From positions 5,992 to 69,991 of the forward strand of contig JAUIFS010000001.1 of NCBI GenBank assembly GCA_030430425.1: 64,000 nt of DNA, written 5' to 3'. The notes beneath the pieces are model-generated. The model saw only the letters and a program-made list of their open reading frames with translations. It did no database searches and was not told where the DNA came from. Positions 8,753 to 17,286 of the stretch are shown one piece after another. The position numbers and the translations under genes were made by a program. The number at the start of each line of letters is the position of its first letter. Positions within the stretch are counted from its first letter, which is position 1. This DNA is from a bacterium (lineage in GTDB: Bacteria; Patescibacteriota; Minisyncoccia; Phycocordibacterales; UBA918).

Positions 8753-10732
8753 TTAGTCGAGGAATACTGTTGTTTCGTATCCTGAGGTTCCCGCGTTTCC
8801 AAGCAGTCCCCCGCTCCCTTCTGTGGAGGTGCTGATTTGCACGTACTTGTTACTTATGTCGTTAAGGAAAGAAGAAGGAACGTTTACACGTTGTTGCCCA
8901 AAGATGGTGCGCATATGTGCGTAGGTAAGAAAAAGTTTTTTTTCTGCACGAGTGAGCGCAACATAGAACAGTCGGCGCTCTTCTTCTTCGTCAATACCGG
9001 TATTGTCCAAACGCTCATGCGGGAAGAGTCCTTCTTCCATACCAGTGATAAAGACATACGGGAACTCAAGACCTTTTGCAGCATGTACCGTCATGAGACG
9101 TACTGCGTCTCGGTCTTCTTTTTTCTGAAGTTCGTCTTGGTCACTCTGGAGCGCAGCATTTTCAATAAGTGCCTCCACACCCTCTTCAGGACCAAGCTCA
9201 TCGTAGCGTACTGCAAGGGTGACCAGTTCCTGCAGGTTTTCTAGGCGCTCAAGATCTTCTTCAGTACCATGTTTTTTTAAGTCAGCTTCAATTCCGGTTC
9301 GTGAAATGATGAACTTTAGTGTCTCTGAAATCTTTTCGGTTCGTGCATGATCGGCAATGTCTTGCATCATCGCATCAAAGCGTTCTACCTTCTCAAGCGT
9401 TGCACCTTTGAGTTCATCGCGCCTGCCCTCAAGTACTTTCAGCATGGTTACTTTCCCGATTCCCCTTGTGGGGGTATTGATGACACGGGTGATGTCCGCC
9501 GTACTCCCTGGGTTTAGTGCAAGGCGAAGGTACGAGAGTATATCTTTGATTTCTTTTCGTTCAAAAAACTTTGTACCTAAAAGTTGATAGGGGACGTTAA
9601 AGTTTAAGAATGCTTCTTCAAGTATGCGTGATTGAAAGTTTGTGCGATACAGTACCGCAATTGAGGAAGGAGAAGCACCGTCCTCAATGAGTGCCTGTAT
9701 GGTCATAACGATATACTCAGCTTCATCGTAGCCTGAGCGTGCCGCGTGGAGGGTTATTTTTTCTCCCTCTTTGTTTGAAGTGAATACGTTCTTCGGAATA
9801 CGATTTGTATTTTTCTCAATAATGTCATTGGAGGCCCCAATAATGGTTCCTGTTGAACGGTAGTTTTCTTCAAGGAAGACACTTTTTGCACCTTCAAAAT
9901 TATTTTCAAATTGCAGTACATTTTTTATGTCTGCCCCACGCCAAGAATAAATGTTTTGGTCGACATCTCCTACAACACATATGTTGTTATGTGCCTGTGC
10001 GAGTAGTTTAATGATTGCGAACTGGACTTTATTGGTGTCTTGGTATTCATCAACATGAATATAGCGGTAGCGCTGTTGGAGTGTTTCTCGTACGGTTGGG
10101 TACGCCTCAAGCATGCGTAATGTTTTTAATAAGAGGTCGTCAAAGTCGAGTGCTTGATCTTGCGCGAGTGCTTTGTCGTAATGTTCCCATACTTCAGCAC
10201 AGACTTTTTCTGGGTACGATGACGCAGTTTCTAAATAGTCTGTTCGTGAAAGTGCATCACCCTTCGCACGCGAGATCATTGAGAGCATTTTCCGAGGTTC
10301 AAATTGCTTTGGGTCATATCCTGCCGTTTCGATTGCTTTTTTGATTGCTCGATTGCTGTCACTACGATCATAAATGGTGAAATGTCGTGGGAGGTTAACG
10401 GTTGCATGGTGTTCACGAAGTGTCCGCACTCCAAACGCATGAAAGGTAGTGACAGTAGGTGTTGAATCGACACCTGCTCGGCTGCTTTCGGCGTAGGTGG
10501 CGATGAGTGCTTGTACGCGCTCACGCATTTCGGTAGCTGCTTTGTTGGTGAAGGTAACTGCAAGGATGTTGTGAGGAGCTACACCGTTGAGGATAAGGTG
10601 TACGATACGGTGGGTGATCACACGTGTTTTACCTGAACCCGCTCCTGCGAGCACAAGAAGGGGTCCTTCGGTAGTGGTAACGGCTTCTTTTTGTGGATCA
10701 TTTAACTCGGCTATGTGTGCTTGTTCTGACAT
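8753..10732 (-). CDS. uvrD: UvrD/PcrA/Rep-family ATP-dependent DNA helicase
   Basis: LLVLAGAGSGKTRVITHRI Walker A, VDEYQDTN, and the other superfamily 1 helicase motifs; 659 aa. Confidence 0.9.
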   Translation of the reverse strand: MSEQAHIAELNDPQKEAVTTTEGPLLVLAGAGSGKTRVITHRIVHLILNGVAPHNILAVTFTNKAATEMRERVQALIATYAESSRAGVDSTPTVTTFHAFGVRTLREHHATVNLPRHFTIYDRSDSNRAIKKAIETAGYDPKQFEPRKMLSMISRAKGDALSRTDYLETASSYPEKVCAEVWEHYDKALAQDQALDFDDLLLKTLRMLEAYPTVRETLQQRYRYIHVDEYQDTNKVQFAIIKLLAQAHNNICVVGDVDQNIYSWRGADIKNVLQFENNFEGAKSVFLEENYRSTGTIIGASNDIIEKNTNRIPKNVFTSNKEGEKITLHAARSGYDEAEYIVMTIQALIEDGASPSSIAVLYRTNFQSRILEEAFLNFNVPYQLLGTKFFERKEIKDILSYLRLALNPGSTADITRVINTPTRGIGKVTMLKVLEGRRDELKGATLEKVERFDAMMQDIADHARTEKISETLKFIISRTGIEADLKKHGTEEDLERLENLQELVTLAVRYDELGPEEGVEALIENAALQSDQDELQKKEDRDAVRLMTVHAAKGLEFPYVFITGMEEGLFPHERLDNTGIDEEEERRLFYVALTRAEKKLFLTYAHMRTIFGQQRVNVPSSFLNDISNKYVQISTSTEGSGGLLGNAGTSGYETTVFLD

Positions 10733-10983
10733 ACGTGCGCATAACTATATCATGTATATCCAGTGTACCTAAAAAAGAGGTACCGTACCGAGGGTAAAAA
10801 ATTATTCAATATAACTTACTGATGTCAATGGGATTATCGGCGCTAATATAGGGCATATTTTTATACTTTTTGCAGCACAGTGGAAAAGTGTAATACGTCA
10901 ATTGACCACTCAGTGCGGTTTAGTATTATTATCCGCATACCTCATTTGGTATACGTTACAGCGATGTAACAAGGGAGGACCTC

Positions 10984-12165
10984 ATGGTCCTTTTTACATG
11001 CAACGGAAGCAACAATACCGTAACGGGCGCAACACGGCGGAGAGACCATAACCAAAAACGTATAAAACAGATTTCACAAGACCCTGATCCCTCAAGTAGT
11101 CAGCGCATGAGTGCGCGCGATGATCAGGATACATATATAAGTAGCACTTCGGCTCGGGCGACGATTTTTGCCTCAGAGCTCATTCCTTTACTTGCAGTGC
11201 TACTGATCCCCTTTTCTGTGCATGCAGGAGTTTTCTCTTCAATGGCGCAGTTTTTTATAGAATCAGAAACCACTGAAGTTGCACGTGCTGAAGTTGATTA
11301 TTCAGCCCGCTACACGCCACTGCTTACCGCAACCATACAAGCCGATCCACAAAAAGCGATTGGTGGTGGTGACCTTGCGGTGTCTGACGGCGCACTTGTT
11401 TCTACCGGTCCGGTTGGTGAAGATGAAATAGCAGCGTCAAGCGCAAGCGCTGGAGAAATCAGCGTGTATGTCGTACGTGAAGGTGATTCGCTATCACAGA
11501 TTGCTGAGATGTATAACGTCACTACTAATACTATTTTGTGGGCAAACGATATTTCACGTGCAAGTGACATTCAGCCGGGCGACACACTCGTTATCCTCCC
11601 TATTGTGGGAGTGCGTCATGTAGTTGCTTCTGGTGAGACCCTTGGTTCTCTCTTAAAGAAATACGATGCAGATCTTGACGAGGTGCTGGCGTACAACAAT
11701 CTTTCTGAAGACGCAGTGCTTGCTGTTGGTGATGAGTTGATGATTCCTGGTGGTGAACTACATACACCCCGTACTGTTGCAAAACGACCGGCACCAAGTA
11801 AGTCTCGTGGCGCTACTGGCGGCGGAGGTTTTTCTCATCCTGTGCCTGGTGCGGTGCGTACCCAGGGTATTCACGGATACAACGCGGTTGACCTTGCTGC
11901 AGGTCACGGAACTGCTATCCGTGCCGCAGCAGCAGGAGAAGTTATTGTGTCTAAGGCAAGTGGTTGGAATGGCGGATACGGACAGTATATTGTAGTGCGA
12001 CACAACAACGGTACACAGACACTCTATGCACACCTCAGTGCAAACAACGTTGGTGTTGGTGCATGGGTTGGATCAGGACAAGTTATTGGTGCAATGGGTA
12101 ACACGGGTAAGTCCACGGGAACGCACTTACACTTCGAAGTACGTGGAGGAAGCAACCCCTTTTAG
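10984..12165 (+). CDS. LysM-domain M23 family metallopeptidase with N-terminal membrane anchor
   Basis: Strong SD aagggagga 5 nt before the ATG. Two LysM repeats (GDSLSQIAEMYNV..., GETLGSLLKKYDADLDEVLAYNNL) then M23 motifs HGYNAVDLAA...HLHFEV. Confidence 0.85.
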   Translation: MVLFTCNGSNNTVTGATRRRDHNQKRIKQISQDPDPSSSQRMSARDDQDTYISSTSARATIFASELIPLLAVLLIPFSVHAGVFSSMAQFFIESETTEVARAEVDYSARYTPLLTATIQADPQKAIGGGDLAVSDGALVSTGPVGEDEIAASSASAGEISVYVVREGDSLSQIAEMYNVTTNTILWANDISRASDIQPGDTLVILPIVGVRHVVASGETLGSLLKKYDADLDEVLAYNNLSEDAVLAVGDELMIPGGELHTPRTVAKRPAPSKSRGATGGGGFSHPVPGAVRTQGIHGYNAVDLAAGHGTAIRAAAAGEVIVSKASGWNGGYGQYIVVRHNNGTQTLYAHLSANNVGVGAWVGSGQVIGAMGNTGKSTGTHLHFEVRGGSNPF

Positions 12166-12220
12166 AAAAGTTTGAAAAGTTGGCGGATATCTTTGTCTCG
12201 CTACATAAAATAAAAGTTCA

Positions 12221-12247
12221 CCGTACGTTACGTACGGCTCTTTTTAT
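12221..12247 (+). terminator. hairpin ccgtacg-tta-cgtacgg followed by ctcttttta
   Basis: Stem-loop plus T-run just downstream of the M23 peptidase gene. Confidence 0.45.
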
Positions 12248-12399
12248 TTCATTTATGCTCCTCGAGCTCCATTCAATTTTTCAACCTTTTGGATCTCTTC
12301 GATATATTCATACAAAAAGGCGCTCGCCCTACTTCGTAGGTCTCGCGCCTTTTTCGTTCCGTGTCTTGTGGCAGCCGCTAAATAGCGGGCGGTCGCGAG

Positions 12400-13323
12400 C
12401 TAACTTGAGTTTTTAACCAAATCTATTCTTTTATACATTAAATCTTTAAATTTTTTATTTTCTGTATTTACCCACTTCATAGCGGCCCACACCACATCAT
12501 TGGTTCTTATAATTTTTTCATTCGCTTTCATATCGAGTGTTAAGGATTCTTTACTGCATTTAAAATAATAAGCACATCGTTCGATCAAGAAACTGAGCTG
12601 ATCTGGGCTAAAATTTCCATGTATTTTTATATAAGAAAGCCCAAAGAAGTTAGAAATACACGCATGCTCAAAATCATAAAAATTAATTTTACCATCAGTG
12701 TCGATAATCAACTTCGACTGAATATCTCCCCAGGCAAAACCTAACCTTCTTTCAGCCTTGTTTACATTTTCTAGGTATTTCAAGTTTTCTTTCAGTGTAG
12801 TTTCTATCCATACAGTAATTTCTTCTGGGAGGGTACCCTTCTTTGCTTCTTCAAAACGATTAAACCCGTATAGCTTTATACTTTCAATTGGATCAACATA
12901 GTCGTAAAACCTTAAGCCATTACTTTTGCAGAAAGCAACAAAAGCAGAAACATCTAGAGTAAACAGCTTGTGTAGCTGGCGAGCAAATGAATCAATTTGA
13001 TCATTAGAGAGATCTCTTTGTGACACAAGCTCACCTTCTATAAAGTTTTCGATAAGATAATTTTTGTCATAATCATAAAATAGAGCTCTCGGACAAAAAT
13101 CTATACCCTCATTTTCAAAGTACCTGAGAAAAGAATTTTCTTTCTCCAAAGAATCTAAGAATTGAGGCTCGGTTGACTTCTTTAATCTCAACACAAATTT
13201 TTGTCCATTTTCTTCAAGTAAATAGTTTTCATTACCGAATCCTTCTGCTAAAAAAACCACATTGGGGCTACTCACTAACGATGATCTCTTTGCAAGTTCT
13301 GCCACTTCTTCATTTGTTTTCAT
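12400..13323 (-). CDS. phosphotransferase-fold (APH/choline-kinase-like) protein kinase-like enzyme, AT-rich gene
   Basis: GFGNENYLLEENGQKFVLRLK (nucleotide-binding loop plus Lys), AWGDIQSKLIIDTDGKINFYDFEHA (catalytic loop and DFE/DFG-like motif). Local GC is clearly lower than in neighbouring genes. Confidence 0.55.
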   Translation of the reverse strand: MKTNEEVAELAKRSSLVSSPNVVFLAEGFGNENYLLEENGQKFVLRLKKSTEPQFLDSLEKENSFLRYFENEGIDFCPRALFYDYDKNYLIENFIEGELVSQRDLSNDQIDSFARQLHKLFTLDVSAFVAFCKSNGLRFYDYVDPIESIKLYGFNRFEEAKKGTLPEEITVWIETTLKENLKYLENVNKAERRLGFAWGDIQSKLIIDTDGKINFYDFEHACISNFFGLSYIKIHGNFSPDQLSFLIERCAYYFKCSKESLTLDMKANEKIIRTNDVVWAAMKWVNTENKKFKDLMYKRIDLVKNSS

Positions 13324-13410
13324 TGTAATGATTGTAACAAACCAGCACGAAACATAATGTCTCGTGCTAGCTCTAAACTGCGCGTGGTCTTGGATTCAAA
13401 CTAGAATATT

Positions 13411-14928
13411 TTATACACGAACCCTATACTGTAATGCCTCATATACATGAGGTGGTTGTATATCGTTTGAGTTGTCTAAATCAGCTATCGTCCGAGCAAC
13501 TTTAATAACCCGATGGTAGCTCCGCGGAGAGAGGTTGAGTTTCTCGCTACTCGTGCGGAGGATGTGCTGTACTTCACCGCTGAGCGTGATAGTTTCCTCA
13601 ATGTCACGTGCTGAAAGTTCAGCGTTTGTATACGTGCCACGTTTTTCTCCTCGTGCACGCATCATGTTTCTTGCGCTTTTGATTTGTTCTCGTGCACGCG
13701 CAGTCTCTCCAGTATTTGTTGTGGTAGTAGTGAGCGTGTCGTAGTCAACATGCGGTACTTCAAGCCAGAGGTCAATACGGTCAAGAATTGGTCCAGAGAT
13801 TTTGCCTTTGTATGTTTCAAGCATGGCGCTCGCAAAGTCGGTAGTCCCATCCTCACTCCCCCGATAGGGATTCATTGCTGCAATGAGAATAAAGTCTGCA
13901 GGAAACAGCGCGGTCCCTTGTACGCGAGAGATAGACACGACGCGGTCTTCAAGCGGTTGCCGCAGTGCATCAATACTCCGTCGTTCAAACTCAGGGAATT
14001 CATCGACAAACAATACTCCCTTGTGCGCAAGTGTGACTTCCCCCGGGCGAGGGTGCGCGCCACCGCCGACCAATGAAGTGTGACTTGCGGTGTGGTGTGG
14101 TGCACGAAACGGAGGCTGCGCGGAGACATTATTTTCATATACCCCCGCAACGGAATGAATTGCGGTAACCTCGAGTGCTTCCTCTCGTGATAGTGGCGGA
14201 AGTATTCCCTGAAAGGCACGCGCGAGCATCGTCTTCCCTGTCCCCGGAGGACCAACCATGATGACATTGTGTCTGCCTGCCGCAGCAATAAGAAGACCTC
14301 GCTTTGCAGCCTCTTGTCCTTTAATGTCTTCCAGTCGTGTAAGTCCGTCATGCCACTGCTCTTCCATGTGTGTGAGCTCTTGAACTGGCAGACAGCAGTG
14401 TTTTTCTTCATCTTTAGTTATATGGTGTACAACGTCCATAAGCGTACGTGCTGGGTAGATGGTTATGCCTGCAACAAGTGCTGCCTCCTGTGCATTGTCT
14501 TTAGGAACAATAACTTCGCTATAGCCGTGTTCTTTTGCTGCTTGCACAATAGCAAGTACTCCCCGCACTCCGCGTAGGTGCCCATTGAGAGAAAGCTCTC
14601 CCACATACATGCGCGAAACGTCAGTGGTGGACACTTCCTCTGCTGCGATGAGGTACGCAATGGCAATAGGGAGGTCGAACAGAGGTCCTTCTTTTTTAAG
14701 GTCAGCAGGCGCAAGTGAAATAGTTATTTTATGGTTCTTACTTTTTGGAGATGGAAAACCACTATTTTTTATCGCCGCACTGACACGGTCTTTTGCTTCT
14801 TCAATTGCTTTTCCAGGAAGTCCCACAATGGAAAATGAATGCAGACCTCGGGTGAGGTCTGCTTCAATAGTTACCGGTACACCTCCGGTAACAGTTCCTT
14901 GTGCAGTGTGTGTGGTTGCGACTGCCAT
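13411..14928 (-). CDS. comM: YifB/ComM family Mg-chelatase-like AAA+ ATPase
   Basis: Lon-like N-terminal domain, Walker A VIMVGPPGTGKTMLARA, and the C-terminal ComM helix-hairpin region; 505 aa. Confidence 0.9.
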   Translation of the reverse strand: MAVATTHTAQGTVTGGVPVTIEADLTRGLHSFSIVGLPGKAIEEAKDRVSAAIKNSGFPSPKSKNHKITISLAPADLKKEGPLFDLPIAIAYLIAAEEVSTTDVSRMYVGELSLNGHLRGVRGVLAIVQAAKEHGYSEVIVPKDNAQEAALVAGITIYPARTLMDVVHHITKDEEKHCCLPVQELTHMEEQWHDGLTRLEDIKGQEAAKRGLLIAAAGRHNVIMVGPPGTGKTMLARAFQGILPPLSREEALEVTAIHSVAGVYENNVSAQPPFRAPHHTASHTSLVGGGAHPRPGEVTLAHKGVLFVDEFPEFERRSIDALRQPLEDRVVSISRVQGTALFPADFILIAAMNPYRGSEDGTTDFASAMLETYKGKISGPILDRIDLWLEVPHVDYDTLTTTTTNTGETARAREQIKSARNMMRARGEKRGTYTNAELSARDIEETITLSGEVQHILRTSSEKLNLSPRSYHRVIKVARTIADLDNSNDIQPPHVYEALQYRVRV

Positions 14929-14930
14929 AG

Positions 14931-15305
14931 TTATGAAGGAAGTTGTGATTCGTTATCGAGGTCAGCTTTGCACGTCCGTGCTGCGGGATTTACTGAAAGC
15001 CGGTCTTCCTCAATTTCATTTTTACATAGTTCACAGGTCCCATACGTACCTGCGTCAATTTTGGAAAGCGCACGTTTGATATTGTTGCATCGTGTTTCGA
15101 GAGCACTGAGTGTTCCGCGGCGTTCTTGCCAGGCTTCAGAACGGTCGCCAAAATCATTTGGATCGGATTCATTTTTTGAAGGTTCCTCTGGCGTGGTGAT
15201 CCAGTCTTCGGGTGCGTTTGGATTTTGTACTCCAAGCTCTTCTAAGGAATGTGTTATTTCTGCTAGTTCTGTTTCGAGTATTTTTTTGTATGCTGATGTC
15301 TTCAT
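14931..15305 (-). CDS. DksA/TraR-family C4-type zinc-finger protein
   Basis: Coiled-coil N-terminus and C-terminal CELCKNEIEEDRLSVNPAARTCKAD with a 4-Cys motif. Confidence 0.7.
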   Translation of the reverse strand: MKTSAYKKILETELAEITHSLEELGVQNPNAPEDWITTPEEPSKNESDPNDFGDRSEAWQERRGTLSALETRCNNIKRALSKIDAGTYGTCELCKNEIEEDRLSVNPAARTCKADLDNESQLPS

Positions 15306-15330
15306 ATACAGACAGTATACCGCATGTGCT

Positions 15331-17199
15331 TTACTGACCTATCAAAGGGAGTAGCTTTACAAATGTTTCTGAGTCAGGAGTAATCAGAATCATGTTTTGC
15401 TTTATAAAAGAATAGATGAGTCGCTCAGAGTTTGTTGCATCGACCAAGACGCGTGCGCTCTTGTTTGCAATGACCGTATCTCTAAAGAAGGCAGTGCGTA
15501 TTTGGGTGTCTGTTCGAGCGTATGGGTCATACGATTCTGATACGGGTGAACCAAACAATGGTGAGAGGTCGCTACTGAGCACGGGTTCCCACTGCAACAT
15601 ACCTGCAAAACTCGTGTCAAAATTAGTTGTTTGTATAAGTATGAATGGTTTTGTGCCATCAATACTGCCGAACATTATTTCTGAAATATCACGTGTGAAT
15701 GATCCTGGTGTACGCAACGCCAGTGAGTTGAGGATTGTTTGCGCATCAGCAGGAATGGTTTTTCCAGACGTATCTTGCATTGTTGGGTATATTTGTATGG
15801 TTTCACGACTTGTCAGAGACGCGTTAAGTATTGACTGGAATGTGGCATCTTTACTGGTGTGTAACGTCACCGGAATTTGCTGTGTGGTTTGTAGTAATGA
15901 AGGAATACGGATTGGTGCCGCTTGTTCAGCTGGCGTGGAACCCATAAACATGTAGACACTTGTTCCGATACCAAGTAAAGAGGCACCAACAATAACAAGC
16001 CCATAGATATATATCGGTACTCGAGATGGTCTTGTAGCTGTTTGTGTTTCGGCAGAAGGTTGTAGGCGAGGAGTTTTTGTCTCAATTGGTTTCTTTTGCA
16101 GCACTGGTGTTGCTACAGGATCTGCTTTAGGTACAGCTGAAACCGGTGGCGTGTTGGACACTGCTGTTTTTGCTGCAGGAGGCTGCGTAACGTTGCGTTG
16201 GACCGTAGAGGGTGTTTCCGCAACCGGTGTCGGTGTTTTGGTTTCTTCCTTTTCTTGCGCACGATCAAATACCGGCTTTGGCGGTGGACCTTGTGCAACA
16301 ACACGTTCTTGCAACAGTGTATCAATAGGGTCTGCGACCTGTTCTTCAGGAACTGCTGCAGGAGCATTTTCTTGTTCAGGCATTTTTAAGGTGCGTACAT
16401 CAACTGGAGTTTCGTCGGTGGTATGTGTCCAGGTGGGAGCAGGTACGTCTTCTTTTTTCTTGATACCAACACTTGTTTTGGGAGCTTCTCGTTTTTTTGT
16501 GGTGAGTCGTTTTACCGTAATGCCGTGATCATTTTGTGGCACGTGATAACTGGCGCGTGCTGCTGCTGCAATAGTTGCAATACGCGTTTCTGCTTTACTG
16601 ACCATGTGTTCAGGTTCTTTTTGTTTGGTGAGTATTTCTTTTTTTGTGCCAAACCAATTTTGAAGCGATGCTCCAATTGCAGGCAATAGCCGAAACTTCT
16701 TTCTTTTTTTGTTTTGGATGATGGTTCCCTCTACTGCATCGTCATGGAGAGAAATATTTTGTGGTGCCTGGTTCAGCGTTGTGGCATCTGAAAAATTCCC
16801 CTCAATCTGTGCAACTTCATTTGCTAATGTTGTAGTATCAACAACAAGTTTTTTGGGTTTTGGTGCAGATGCAACAACTTCTGCCGCAAGCTTTTCTTTA
16901 CTCAAAATCTCCTCTGCTTTTGAAACAATAGGCGCAGCTTCTTTTGGAACAGGCATCGTTGCGTCACTTGCAGCAAGAAACTCTGAGGACTTTTTTACTT
17001 TCTCTCTTTTTCGATCAAGTGCTGCTTGCGGGAGCTTTGTTTCTTTAGGAGTGGCAAGAATAGCGTCGGTGCGTTGTTGTACCGATTTTTCTTCTTGTTT
17101 GAGTACGGGACGATTAGGCACTTCTTCACCACGTGCGCGTAGAGCGTCAGTGGTATAGGTGCGTATACGTGCAATGGAATGATCATTCCCTGTTGTCAT
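15331..17199 (-). CDS. hypothetical bitopic membrane protein (622 aa) with long Pro/Ala/Thr/Lys-rich cytoplasmic region and about 200-aa extracytoplasmic C-terminal domain
   Basis: Single TM segment (PIYIYGLVIVGASLLGIGTSVYMF). The N-terminus is low complexity; no family recognized. Confidence 0.55.
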   Translation of the reverse strand: MTTGNDHSIARIRTYTTDALRARGEEVPNRPVLKQEEKSVQQRTDAILATPKETKLPQAALDRKREKVKKSSEFLAASDATMPVPKEAAPIVSKAEEILSKEKLAAEVVASAPKPKKLVVDTTTLANEVAQIEGNFSDATTLNQAPQNISLHDDAVEGTIIQNKKRKKFRLLPAIGASLQNWFGTKKEILTKQKEPEHMVSKAETRIATIAAAARASYHVPQNDHGITVKRLTTKKREAPKTSVGIKKKEDVPAPTWTHTTDETPVDVRTLKMPEQENAPAAVPEEQVADPIDTLLQERVVAQGPPPKPVFDRAQEKEETKTPTPVAETPSTVQRNVTQPPAAKTAVSNTPPVSAVPKADPVATPVLQKKPIETKTPRLQPSAETQTATRPSRVPIYIYGLVIVGASLLGIGTSVYMFMGSTPAEQAAPIRIPSLLQTTQQIPVTLHTSKDATFQSILNASLTSRETIQIYPTMQDTSGKTIPADAQTILNSLALRTPGSFTRDISEIMFGSIDGTKPFILIQTTNFDTSFAGMLQWEPVLSSDLSPLFGSPVSESYDPYARTDTQIRTAFFRDTVIANKSARVLVDATNSERLIYSFIKQNMILITPDSETFVKLLPLIGQ

Positions 17200-17249
17200 G
17201 TTCTATAGTATCGCATGGTTTGTTTTTCTTGCTAAGGTACGTTATATAC

Positions 17250-17280
17250 AAAAGACCGGAGGCGTTGCCTCCGGTCTTTT
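17250..17280. terminator. hairpin aaaagaccggaggc-gttg-cctccggtctttt
   Basis: Perfect GC-rich stem with flanking A- and T-runs, downstream of the pnp stop (17287). Confidence 0.65.
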
Positions 17281-17286
17281 GTATAG

